Source of the DNA: Nemertoderma westbladi
Taxonomy: Eukaryota > Animalia > Xenacoelomorpha
Reading direction: 5' to 3'
NCBI GenBank assembly: GCA_032718475.1
Contig: JAUCBJ010000550.1
Location: forward strand, 10,511-74,510
Length of the DNA stretch: 64,000 nucleotides
Within the stretch, counting starts at the first letter, position 1. Every line of letters starts with the position of its first letter. Positions 39,765 through 51,514 of this stretch are shown here, piece by piece. The position numbers were made by a program, and so were the translations under genes. Below the pieces are notes generated by a model. That model searched no databases. It was not told where the DNA came from and saw only the letters and a list, made by a program, of their open reading frames with translations.

Positions 39765-40791
39765 CTGAAAGTAAACGAATATATAATTCTAAATATAATA
39801 CTAAATTTATTTAAGTGAAATTAAATACTCTAATACTAAACACAAATCTATACTGCATTGTTTAATTAAACAACAATGTTCAATTGTGGGTTAACTTTTC
39901 GCTTTTTTTTTTATCGACGCCGTACACTTACACCTACACATTCCCCGGGCTGGTTATTGCTGGATACACATTACAACTTACATGTTGTATTATTTAACAT
40001 TAACAATTAAATCAATTGGATTTGAGCTGATTATTCAACGGCAATAAATAACATTTTAATATGAAAAATAAACATGTTGTTGTACATTGCATTAATTAAC
40101 TCTAATAATTCCAATCCCGGAAATAATAACACATTCGCAATGAAATATTTAAAAATAGGGTTATGTTATTCCTAGAAAAAAATAGTACATTTATTTTTCA
40201 ACACTCCTGTATCTGCCTGATATTTTAATAAGACTTTGTTTAATCCGGTTACGGATATTTAATAGGACAAAATTAAAGGCAACGTTGAAGAAATTGTGAA
40301 GGATTGTATTTCTTTTTGTCAACTCGAGCTGTATATTATTTTAGGGATGATGAGTTTGTGGTGGTTCGTTCATCGACGTCCTTTAATTTGCCTATTTCTA
40401 AATTTTGCACAACGTTAAACACCAAAAATCCTCATTGAAGGGGTTGGTTGCAGGTGTGGTAGGCCTAGGGTAACTGATTCAGGTGATAATACTATATTGA
40501 AAGTTTCTAGCTTAAATAATGCCGTGCCTGTACGTAGATTGATACAAAATTTGGCAACCCTATATTGTATATTCTCTGGAGCAAGACACATTTTTTGCCT
40601 AATTTGAATTAAACTATTGGTTAAAAGTCCAGTTAAAAGTACAGTCCAGTCAGTAGGCAGAACTAAAGTAAGTAGAGAAAATTACAAACCCCATATCAAG
40701 AAAATAAGGTTGACAGTTATTACAGTAGCCCATGTAAAGTATACCAGAGTTTCTGCTGTTATATTTCAGTTTGCCCCCATGTGAAGAATAC

Positions 40792-42009
40792 CAGGGCCGA
40801 GTAACTCAAAAAATCTTGAGATTGACCTTGAAACTAACCTTGAATCTATTTTACTCGTATTCCTATCGGAAATATTTCAAGTTAGACTTGAGAATTTCCT
40901 CAAGGTAAACTTGAAATTTCAAGCCGGTAACAAAGTAAATCTTGACATTCGTTGAAGTCAAGGTTCGAGATAAATGTCAAGGTAGCCATGGAGGTACTGT
41001 ACGTTCAAATTTCAAGGTATCTACAAATCATCGATTCAGATGTTAGCTGTTAGCTTACTGTACCGGTTCCATAAGAGGCATTTTTGCAGAATACACGAAA
41101 TTTTTAAATAACACTCACTTTAACATGAATATAACATGAATGATGGGTACAGTAGAGTTATACTCCGAAGTATGTATACTAGTATAGCTATTATTATTGA
41201 TATAATAGCTACCGGTATTATAATGTGTTAAAAGTAAATTTTCTTCGGCCGCTAGGCCAGGGATTACGCACAAATTTTGACGACTTATTTCCAGTGCGGT
41301 CCCCCCAGAACTTTACTCCCCAGAGGAAACTCCAGTACTCATTTAGCTACCACTTAAGGATGCAAGGCAGAGATGCGCCCTGGCTGGTCCCTTTAAAGCA
41401 TTCGTGCCGAAACGAAAACTGCCCTGACCAATGCGGGGATCGAACCCACGACCTACGGGAGATGTGAATTCAATGCAACCACTACACTACACTAAGGTTG
41501 GACCTGGTAGTTAGCTTATGGTTTTTATATCGCAAATCCTAATGCTTTGCTATGGTTTTTTATATGGCAGCAGAGGTAGTACAGAATTTTTGAAAAAGTG
41601 TTCAGTAATAAACGTGTGGTATCGTGACCTACTACAACAGTATAACACGACCCGGAATTCTGCGACCGGCCATAACATATATACAGTAGATCAACTTGAA
41701 AGGGATACTAAACTTGGGAGAAACGAAATTGCGACAACCATGGAGAATCGGAAAGCCTAGGAAAGGGATTATATAGCGGGTTTCTCTGCATAACCAAGGC
41801 AACTGCTCAAATAAAATAATATGTCGTCCATCTTTAATTCTCAAGGTGAGCCTTGAAATTTCAAGTTCCACCTTGACTGAATATTGCTTTGAGTAACCGG
41901 CTTGATTTAAACTCAAGAAAATCATACTCAAGGTAAAACTTGAGTTTCAAGGTGTCCTTGAGGTGGATTTAAAGGTCAATCTCAAGATTTTTTGAGTTAC
42001 TCGACCCTG
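40792..42009. mobile_element. TIR element inserted in MTMR intron
   Basis: CAGGGCCGAGTAACTCAAAAAATCTTGAGATTGACCTT ... AAGGTCAATCTCAAGATTTTTTGAGTTACTCGACCCTG. Confidence 0.82.
41230..41497 (-). mobile_element. tRNA-derived SINE (family 2)
   Basis: Minus-strand TAGTGTAGTGG...GGTTCGATCCCCG head and TAAATGAGTAC core; its 3' tail TTTGTGCGTAATCCCTGGCCTA..CGAAGAAAATTTACTTT recurs at ~31181-31227, ~51660-51707 and ~13356-13390. Confidence 0.72.
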
Positions 42010-42443
42010 GTTTTCACTAAAACAAAGGTTTCAGAAGGGCTGATTCTAACCAAAACAATAAACGAATAAGTATCTATAAATGGGAGAATCTTTTAGGCAC
42101 GTTAAGCCAAGGAATGCCTATTCATCACCATGGGTGATCTTCTACAGTAAACCCTTCCACTCTGATACACAAGTTGCCTTGGTTCCCATTTATCGACCAC
42201 TGAAGGGTGAAAGCCAAGGTTGGGCTAGGCTTGTAATAAGTATCTATACAGGTTATAAGACGGAAATAAACGCTATAAAACACTTAATTCGGAGAAATTT
42301 GGAAAAACAAATTCTTCATAATAAAATTCCAGTAGAATTTCGACCGAAAAGTGAAAACCTGGTATTCTTCACATGGGCGTAGTTATTTAACCTTAAAATT
42401 AATTGACACACAATTAATAACAAATATCGTAAACTCGACTTAC

Positions 42444-44425
42444 CGTAAGTAGCATTCCGACCAGAGATTAAGGTTATTAATTTCATGTTTTGGAATCAGC
42501 CTTTTTGATTGACATCCATTTGTTAGAGTTGCTGATATGCCGAATAAATCGTTCGGTATGTTGGAGCTGAAACAGTAAGGATTGTAAAACAGCGACTCTC
42601 TAGACGAATTGATATGAATAGGCCAATCCCAAACCGAAGGGTAGTTTATTGGAGCGACGGAGACCCGCTGGTTTGAGCGGGAGGGGCCATTGTAACCCGA
42701 TTGGATGTGGTCCAATGGGGACAGGCCAGGGGGCAGAGTTTGTGATTGGCTGTGGTGCCAGACGCGGTCGCCCGGTGAGTCCCACATAAACTGGTCGAAA
42801 GTTCCCATAGTAGTTGAATCCCATAGAGTAACGAGATAGTAAGAGGAGAACTCGAAACGATGGGGGAACTGGTTAATGAGTTGGTAGACGCAGTCGAGGA
42901 ACAGAAGGAACACTGGGGAACGCTGGTTCTTCGGGTTTGCAGACGTGTCTGGGTTGCTTAGCAACCCCAATCGGGAGAGGAAGGGGTGACCCACTGCGAC
43001 AAACTCGCGTTGTACCAACGACTCAAATCCCAGACGAGTACGGCAGTGCGGGTCGAGTAGGAGTTGGACAAGACAACAGATGACGCAACTGAAATCTCTC
43101 CCGAAACCCTCCCCGTAACCCTCGACAACTATGACATTGACCGCGTCGACGTCCACTATATCTGCGATCCGATTGGATACTTTCAAGCACTTCGAGACGT
43201 GGTGCAGCCACTGCGAGGCCTCGAGAGAGGAACAAAATCGGCGGTCGTTCGACCAGTACTTAGTCGAGGTGCAGATCTCGAGTAGCTGACTGTAGCTAAT
43301 CTGTAGGTCTGCCAGAGAGGGGCACACCTCATCGCCTGCCTCAGTGTCTACAGACCAACGGGAATCCGTTGGGGACTGTCTCTGATCTAATTTGTAGACG
43401 TAAGGATCGGTGTTTCTCTTCTCGTATTGACTCTGAAGTTTGACTCCCACTCTCATAGCAATAAGAAATCTCTCCCAGTCCATTTGAGGCGCTAAACCTA
43501 GTTGAACTAAAACGCTTCGAATAATACTGACATCGTTGGAATGGGTGTAAGACCAAAAAGGAGGACGTTTTGTAATAAAGGCACCAATAAATCTCGAAAA
43601 TTCCGGCCCCTTGAATCCATTCGGAGGATAGCTGGGAACAGCAAAATATTCCGGCATAGTTACGAACTTTCTGCAGCCCAAGTTGTAATGGGTTACTTGA
43701 TATTTTTTGACGTTTAGGCGAGATAATTCCATCTTCCAATCTTCCTCTTTACTGTAAGTCGGACGCAACACATCGAAATATCGCGCTGTTGTACCAACCT
43801 CGAAGCAATACAAATCCTCACGCCTACTCGGATGTATCTGGCTGAGTAGAGCCAAAGTAAAACACTTCGCTAAATTACTATCCGTGTTTTGGAAACCAAA
43901 CAGCAACACACGAAAATCCTTGCAAATTATTTTTAATTTCTGGATTCCGTGTTTTATTCGACTGTTTCTTGTCAACAGTTTTATCTTTTTCGTGGAAACT
44001 TTGTAAATAGAGTCAAAGCACGTTAAAGCAATGTCATTTTTTCCAAGGAATTTATTATGGCTATGAACTGTTTCAGTGAGCTCAATTGACACAAAAGAGA
44101 GTCTGTAATTTGTAAGTATTAATTTCCCCATGACTCCTGCTGAGTCATTCCTACCAATTATGTATTTAACGCATTTCTTTAAGGAACTAATTATCACTTC
44201 TCCAGGAAATAGTTCCATCGATGTATCAACGTCTAGAGTAGACACTGGCGATGTAGAGTTAGAACGTTTCATGAAACGGGAACCAATTACATTATCAGAC
44301 CGAGTACTGCGGTCTACCAACGAGCTGGAACTAATGAAGAACCTTGGGGCGTGAGGACCATCGATAGAGGATGTGTGGCTCCGCAAACGATTAAACATCT
44401 TCTCAACATTTTTAACTTTATCCAT
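42444..44425 (-). CDS. MTMR10: Myotubularin-related pseudophosphatase (MTMR10/11/12 type), coding exon 1; nested in ITPR intron 9 on the same strand
   Basis: PH-GRAM-like N-terminus (LFPGEVII, GKLILTNYRLSF, ICKDFRVLLFGF); myotubularin motifs SQWLHHV, LVQLLLDPHCRTRLGFESLVQREFVAVGHPF, SPVFLLFLDCVYQLINQFPHRFEFS; catalytic CX5R replaced by VVEGYGEGFGRDFSC; donor CG|gtaagt. The specific orthologue (10, 11 or 12) cannot be resolved. Confidence 0.9.
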
Positions 44426-44856
44426 CTTCGCGGAAATAATACATATATTCAAAAAATATCCCGAAGACAATAAATAATAATCATGTTTTAAATAAAACTG
44501 ATACCAAACACTAATATCACAGTAATTACTGTACTATTTCCCTGTTGCTATGATACTACATAATATTAAACAACAAAGGAACACCGAAGATATATAATTA
44601 CATCCCATCATAATCATATGTCTAGCCTAGAAAAGATTAAAAACACAATGAGAATAATACGAATTGAGTTTGGCAGAGATTAACAATATACAGTAAGTTT
44701 TAAAATTTAATACATAAATTAATCACCAAACACAGAGGACGGGACGTTTTATATAATTTAGTTCGATATTAAAATTACTCTCTGTAACACTGAGTATTTT
44801 ATATTAATTGTGTTTCCAATACCAATAATGAATGAATTACACAAGCAAGACACAAC

Positions 44857-44982
44857 CCGGAAGTATTCAACGCTAACATTTTTTGTTTGATTAAATAATA
44901 TGAGTTGGCGAACATTGCATTACATTTCTACCACAAAGATCAACGGTCGCTTAGTAAGAGACAAAGTGGTATCTATGGCAAC
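44857..44982 (-). promoter_or_regulatory. Candidate internal promoter of the MTMR gene: ETS site and RFX X-box
   Basis: CCGGAAGT at 44857-44864 and GTTGCCATAGATAC (minus strand, 44969-44982), 430-560 bp upstream of the ATG; X-box-like GTTGCTATGATAC at 44544-44556. Confidence 0.45.
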
Positions 44983-45231
44983 CACGCCAACTAAAGGGTG
45001 ATAGGATACATATAATAATATAATTCAGTTATTTACAATTAAATGCAATATGATAAATCAACTAATATTAAGGTTCTTTCAATTACAATAATGTTGGTTT
45101 ATATTTGTTAAAGCGCATACCAGGCCTATTTAAGCGTGTACATAAATTAAAAGCCATATATCATATTGCACGGTATATAACAAATGAATTAACATATCTG
45201 ATGGGGTTGACTACTGTAAGGATAAACTCAC

Positions 45232-45389
45232 GGGGTCAGACAGTTCTTCAAGCGTAACAGCTGCTGTTCCACGACCGTTAAACGTCGCCTGTAGCAACCG
45301 AAATAATTGGCCCAGAATATTCTGTTCCCGCATTAGTTTTTGTCTCTCTCTATCCGGTTCCGTTACTTGGATTGTAAGAGCAGAATTAC
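45232..45389 (-). CDS. ITPR: ITPR exon 9
   Basis: PDRERQKLMREQNILGQLFRLLQA...LEELSDP|gtgagt; contains IP3-contacting basic residues. Confidence 0.93.
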
Positions 45390-45479
45390 CTAAAAAACAA
45401 ACCGCCACTCTCAGTTCTATACTACCATTATAAACAGTATGCTGCATTGTAGCGGCATATAAATTAAAAATGCTACACC

Positions 45480-45655
45480 GGCTGTCCAGTATCCACCACG
45501 CTTATTATCTGCATGAGGCTGTCAAAGCAGAAGATTGTGCACAGGTTGGTCATCACGGCGAAAGCAATGACCTGCAAAGCGGAGGCGGTTCTGTTCAAGT
45601 CTCAAGCTTTGGGGGGGGGGGGGGGGACCAACGTGACATCTCCAATATTGAGTTG
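45480..45655 (-). mobile_element. LINE 3' fragment
   Basis: Reverse complement resembles 29500-29645. Confidence 0.65.
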
Positions 45656-46658
45656 TTAACAAGTTAATATTAATATCGTTTTAAATGATAAATAAAATGA
45701 ATGATAATGAAGATGTATAGGGTATGGGTGGAGATGCGTGCATTGTACAATAAAACCGGCGTAGTATCGTTAAAGCTAGAGCCGATAGAAATTAGACCCC
45801 AGTATTTTTCACCACTCAGTTCTATATCCTATGTAATAATGGAGCTTAAAGTGTTTGATACGGATACATATTTAAGGCTCTTGGGTTACCCACAACTAAA
45901 TGGTAAGACTATACATTTATTTTTTCTTTTATTTATCCCGAAAAAGGCACATGTGGAGTATATCAGTGTTTCTGATGTTATATTTCACTTTTTAAACTAC
46001 AGTAGGTCGGCACTTAGTAATTTTGTAAATGTTTTGAATATATAATAAATTGGCCACAATGTCAAAAACAATTATTACATATTATAAAATATTATTACGA
46101 ATCCACTTCTCCATGATCTCCTTGTGAAGGTTGTTAACCTTGGATCGAATGCTACACAACTTCACACTCAGTATGACACCAGAATTATTAAAGGAGAGTA
46201 GCTCTGTATGGAGTTATAACGTATATTTTATATGATGTCGTTCAACTAACACATCTTACTTCACAGAAATCCTTGCTCTACAATCAATACCATTCAACAA
46301 CTACATAGGATTTTCTCACAAAGATAGAATACATACATACTGTAGGAATTCACGTACAATTCGTCACATCCAATTAAATTAGTTAATTTCTGACTTAGCG
46401 AATTTTAAGAATTGTTTACAGAAAGAATATAAAAGTAGCCTAATGCGTTTATTTTTGATGAATTAATTTGGTTTGAACATACGGTTTTATAATTTTTTGA
46501 TCATTATTAGTACGGTGCATTCTAAATCGCAATATATTTATTATATGTGCGGCGACTTATAAACGTACATTTCTGCAGTGTCATGCTTTTTTATCTTCAT
46601 GTGAGTGAAGTATACCAGACTTGCTGTTGCCAGTCTTGATTTACTTTGCATTTACCAC

Positions 46659-46880
46659 CATATGAAGAATACCAAGGGTTTTCACTATAAATACGGTTAC
46701 AAAAGGGCTGAATTTAACCAAAACAATAAACGAAAAGTATCTGTATAGGTTATAAGATACGAAAGAACCGCTATAAAACACGTAATAAGGATAAATTTCG
46801 AAAATTGCAAATCCTTCGTTTAAACAATTCCAATAGAATTTCAACCGAAAATTGGAAATCTGGTATCCTTCACATGGGCG
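46659..46880. mobile_element. Short MITE, same family as 40772-42379
   Basis: CATATGAAGAATACCAAGGGTTTTCACT ... CTGGTATCCTTCACATGGGCG; internal similarity to 42011-42379. Confidence 0.7.
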
Positions 46881-49231
46881 ATTTTCTTATTGGATATTAT
46901 TCCGTGTACATACTGCAGATACTTTAGATCGAGTGTCACCGGCATCCGCAGAAACAATGCCTCACCCTCCTGATAGAGATTAATTTATGTACAGTAATGT
47001 TATTGGCCTGATGAGATATGTATTAAGAAAATAAACCGCACGAAATATTAATTATGTTGCAAAGACGTCCAAAACAAAGACCAAAGACCCCCTAACGCTC
47101 TTTTGGACTCTCGCGTTAGGTAAAACGCGACTTGACCTCTTTGTTTTGTACTCACCCTCCAAAATGTTATGTTGTACAATAATAATAGTCAGAATTTGTT
47201 AAGTTTCTATTTCATTGACTGTTTGTTTATCTTATTGAACTCCCTGATTTTCTAATTCCCTTCTTAAATCGACTTCGTACCGCGTAGAAACAGTCATGTT
47301 AATTGAGCAACTGGCCTAGAAGTAATATTCCAACTAGTATTGTCGCAATAAAGTATAGTGCATTACCAGATTTGCTAACGGCAGCAGGACCAACACAGGA
47401 CTACTGTAGAACAAATCTGTCACTGTTGCGGTGGCAGTGTCCTTCTAATCTGAAAGGTAGTGTCTGCAGAGTGATAGTCGGCACAGGTTCCATATAGAGA
47501 ATTCCCTCGCGTTTCTCAAAATGACCATCGAATTTTGTAACAAATGTCTCGTAGAATCGGCATCGCAGCAGTAAACTTATTATGGATACCTGAGGTGAAG
47601 CAGAGGCAGCAACACTGAATCGTAAACTTTACAAAAAATTGTTACGATTGTTAGTTTACTTTATATGGATATTATCTTTACGAGTCTCCCTTTATGTGTC
47701 GGTCCACATATCGAGACAGGAGTGATGGTAGTCGCAGTGGACGTAACATTTATGGGACGCCGGCAAAATACTGTAGAATAGAATTTGAGCTCCAATACCA
47801 CATACTACTAGGATCGGCATGCTGCATATTGCAGCTGCATTTTTAAGAATGCTGTGCCGGCTTGTCAACAAAATTGCACCGCCAATACCACATGGTGAGA
47901 TTCAGCATTCATGATAAAAAAAAAGATGCGATGTTGGTAGACCAGTCTTGTTCTAGAATTAACCCGAATGCCGGTACACCTGGAATCCCTCCAAACCACG
48001 CACGCGTTTGGACTTTACTTGGTCATATCAGAGTATATATATACCCTGTAAAGTTATGAGATATGTGAGACCCATCAAGGGACCTCGTGTCTTCTGCCGT
48101 AAAAGCCTAGCAGATGTTGCCAAATAGCAGCACAGGCTCTACATTAAGTGAATTAACGGCACCAGGAATACATTTCGTTCAGAGAAGGTTTCATTCCATG
48201 TGATTCCCATTTCCTTGATAGTTTATGGTTTGTTGTCCTTTCGTTCGTACTCGGAGGTCTTCAACGGATCTCCGAATCCTTGATCTAGATATCAGTAGCC
48301 AGCAGGTCGGTAACCTGCTAGGGGGAATCAAAGTTAGAGTTCGATTTTGGTCTTTGTGGCATTTACAAATTGGACGCTGCCTGTTCCAGAATGTGGAGTA
48401 AGCTTTCGGCACAAGATTTAACTGAAATTTAGAATTAAAGGCCTCTCACATGTAAAGTAAGATTTCCTCTACTTCTACTAACAGAGGCTGGTTGTAATTA
48501 CACACCATCTATATTATGTTGTTCAAGAGATATTGGCAGCAAATAGTTCACCAGAGTAATGGAGCTTGGAGCATGGACCTTGTTTTGGCAAATTGTTGTT
48601 GTCAATGTGAATTCCTTCAAGAATTATGCTGGGGAAGAATAAGTATCAATAAAGTTATTGCTATAAGATACTTTCTGTTTCATAACAAGAATACGATAAT
48701 TTAATGTTTCCTATATTTAGTTGAACAATAGCTATAATTAACGAACCAATCATCATATTCATCTGAAATTTGGTAGGGGTTACCTACTGTATGTACATCG
48801 CTTAATTTGAAATTATACATACAGTCGGACATTCTATAGTGATTCGGTTCAGACGGTTCTATAATTGTACCCCTTTACTAAAGTTAATCTATACTTCTTG
48901 CTGCGCGAAGGCCCCATGGACGTGTTTCCCTGTATCATATTTTGTCACATGTATCATATTTTGTCACTTGAATTATATTTTGTCACTTGTATCTGATTAT
49001 GTGATGTAAATTATAGAGATGATAATATCTGTTTTTTAATATTTTAGATTCTTACTTCTTCAATAGGCTGTTATTTACAAACAAACATTCCACACAAATA
49101 ATCAATTTCAAGACGTTTATTTCTCTGTGAACTAACTCGCATGAGAGACTATTTTAGCGAAATCTCGTTTCGAGACATAGGTAAATTCAAGTATCAGATG
49201 AGAATTAACCATCGAGCATCACACCTCTGTA

Positions 49232-49975
49232 ATGAGCCGTGTCTTGTCATTCGGCATTGGCATTACTACTCTCTTCGTTGGCTTGGTACATGGCGTTAAT
49301 GTTACCTGCCGCCATGGACGCCTGCAGACCATGTTATCCTCCAACCATGACAATGTGGCAGATTTGAACTGGGATTGGCGCGACACTGGGGGATCGTTAG
49401 TAGCAGGTTTAGGATCTGTCTCGGATGAGCAATGCCCAGTTTGTCATATGTGGGAGTCAATGTCAGCAACCTTCTTGAAGCAATACCCTGAGTTAAAGGT
49501 TATGGCCGGCGCGAGATACGAAACCTGCGCATACGGTGGTGGTTGCGAAGCCCAATCCGAACACCCGTGCACCAACTTCACAGAGTTTATGCAGGAGTTT
49601 TTAGACGCGGAATACGGCACAGGAGTAACAGTGTCGATTATAGAGAGCTTTTGCATGGAAATATGCTGCGAAGGGGCGGAAGTCTGCAACTCAATTGACC
49701 ATCCCGAATTCCATTTACCCGCTTATATAAACAGCGACGGGACCTACAACTGGGAACATCCAGTCTGGCAACTTGATCTGGATGGAAACCCGATACCTTA
49801 CAATAGAGCGGGACCTGAAGATTCAACAACAACAACAACAACAACTACTACTACTGATCCTCCTACGACCGCAACACCGGGCAGTTCTACATTGGTTGAA
49901 AGCTTCGCTAACAAAATATTTGGAAGTTTCAATGTTTTTCTTGTTGCTTTTATGGGTTTATTGTTTTTCCATTGA
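49232..49975 (+). CDS. Secreted/GPI-anchored Cys-rich protein, Ly6/uPAR (three-finger)-like; antisense in ITPR intron 8
   Basis: Signal peptide, 10 Cys ending in CCEGAEVCN (LU-type CCx(n)CN), Thr-rich stalk, hydrophobic C-terminus with no cytoplasmic tail. Confidence 0.78.
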   Translation: MSRVLSFGIGITTLFVGLVHGVNVTCRHGRLQTMLSSNHDNVADLNWDWRDTGGSLVAGLGSVSDEQCPVCHMWESMSATFLKQYPELKVMAGARYETCAYGGGCEAQSEHPCTNFTEFMQEFLDAEYGTGVTVSIIESFCMEICCEGAEVCNSIDHPEFHLPAYINSDGTYNWEHPVWQLDLDGNPIPYNRAGPEDSTTTTTTTTTTDPPTTATPGSSTLVESFANKIFGSFNVFLVAFMGLLFFH

Positions 49976-50172
49976 TTTTTGACTAATTGACAATCATTAG
50001 TGAGGCTGATTTTGCCTTTGCACTTTTCATGGAAATATATTTATCAATATTATATGGTGTTTTGGTATAGGTAAACTTGTTTACATCATTCGTGCTGCCC
50101 TGAAAGGGTATCGGTATATTGGGAGATTTTCCTAAAAGAGAACGAATTCTATACAGCTTATTGTCTCTACAT

Positions 50173-51514
50173 GGGCATTTCCACAGAAAATGGGACACGA
50201 TATGAAAATAAAACTTTAAAAAATAAGCAACATGTCATGATTTAATGGGTAAAATCTCATAAATTTTTCGAATTTGACAAAATTTACATTGATTTGAGGG
50301 TATAAAGTAGGAAATTTTACGATTATATCGACCATCATCAAGACTAATGTAAAAACAAAAAAAAAATACCAAAGGCAAAATATTTTTGTTACTGTTTATC
50401 CATATAGGCTATCCTTGGTATCATTGTAAACAGCCGTAAATGCACATTCCAATGAGGTAGTTCTACGCCATAAACATAGAACGCTTCTAATACAATAAGC
50501 ATTAAAAGCTACCTGTATCCAATTGTAACGTCCGACACATTTTTTACATTTTTTCTCAAATACTTATCTATTGTATGGCAAACCATATCAAAATTAAAAT
50601 GACTCAATGCCGACGTAAGATGGCGTCTTTTGTGTCATTTATAACAATCCAGGCTACTATAAAGTCTGTGATTTCAGTGATTGAAGTTCAGTAACGTCCG
50701 ACACCTGTAACGCCCGACACTATTATTATTATGTATTTAATGTCTGAATTGCAGTGTATAATGTAAAGGCATATTCCAGAACTGTATTGTTTATATGCAT
50801 GTAGGCCTACTACTAAATACTAGGACCTAAAACATAAAATCTTTTTGTCCATATGATTTTCAACAATAAAATAAATATATAAATAAAAATAGTTTTCAAT
50901 AATTGCGATTTACAATTCAAAATTCACACCTTAGTATTTTGATAATATATTTGGTAATTCTTGGTGAAATTTAAAATGGTTTTCAGATTCGGAATCTACA
51001 GATGAAGGCGGTTCTAATGATATCTAGAGTACATTCCATAGACAAAAAATATAGCCGACATAAAGCCAAATAAAGCCATGGTGGCTAAATATTGCTAATT
51101 TTTAAGTAACGTCCAACACGAAACGTCCGACACCATTCCGCACAACTTTGAATTGCAAATGTCGGTTTCAAAAGATCTGCAGTGCAATTGCGAAAACCTT
51201 TTCAAAATATAATAGTTTAGCTATAATTTGAGCTCAACAATAATAACATACCAGTCTTCGGCATTAATTGCAATCAAAAATAAAATTTGTGGAATAAAAA
51301 GTGTCCTATTTTTGTAACGTCCAACACCTTTTTAAAAGTCAACTTTGTAAGAAGAATCACGTTTCCCAATGCAAAGTATTTGCGCTATTCTGAAAAATTA
51401 ATAAATTGTTTCATTTATTCAATGCAATCTGATGTCAAAAGTATTTTCGGAAATTTAAAGAAAAACATTCAAAATTCGAGAATGTCCGTAACGTCCGACA
51501 CCGTGGAATTGCCC
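50173..51514. mobile_element. Non-autonomous DNA transposon with short TIRs and repeated internal motif
   Basis: GGGCATTTCCAC ... GTGGAATTGCCC; GTAACGTCCGACAC-type motif recurs about 7 times inside. Confidence 0.65.

Larger units (their letters stand above)
40772..42379. mobile_element. Host MITE (TIR GCCCATGTGAAGAATACCAGGTTTTCACT) interrupted by nested insertions
   Basis: Left TIR is split by the 40792-42009 element; right TIR AGTGAAAACCTGGTATTCTTCACATGGGC; uninterrupted relative at 46659-46880. Confidence 0.7.

Noticed and set aside
42440-44470. Active myotubularin phosphatase as a single-exon gene
   Set aside because: The HCSDGWDRT motif is absent, and the apparent stop is part of the gtaagt donor with a second exon downstream.
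47280-48704. Further nested gene or LINE remnant in intron 8
   Set aside because: Only short ORFs. It looks like highly decayed retroelement sequence, but I could not read a convincing motif.
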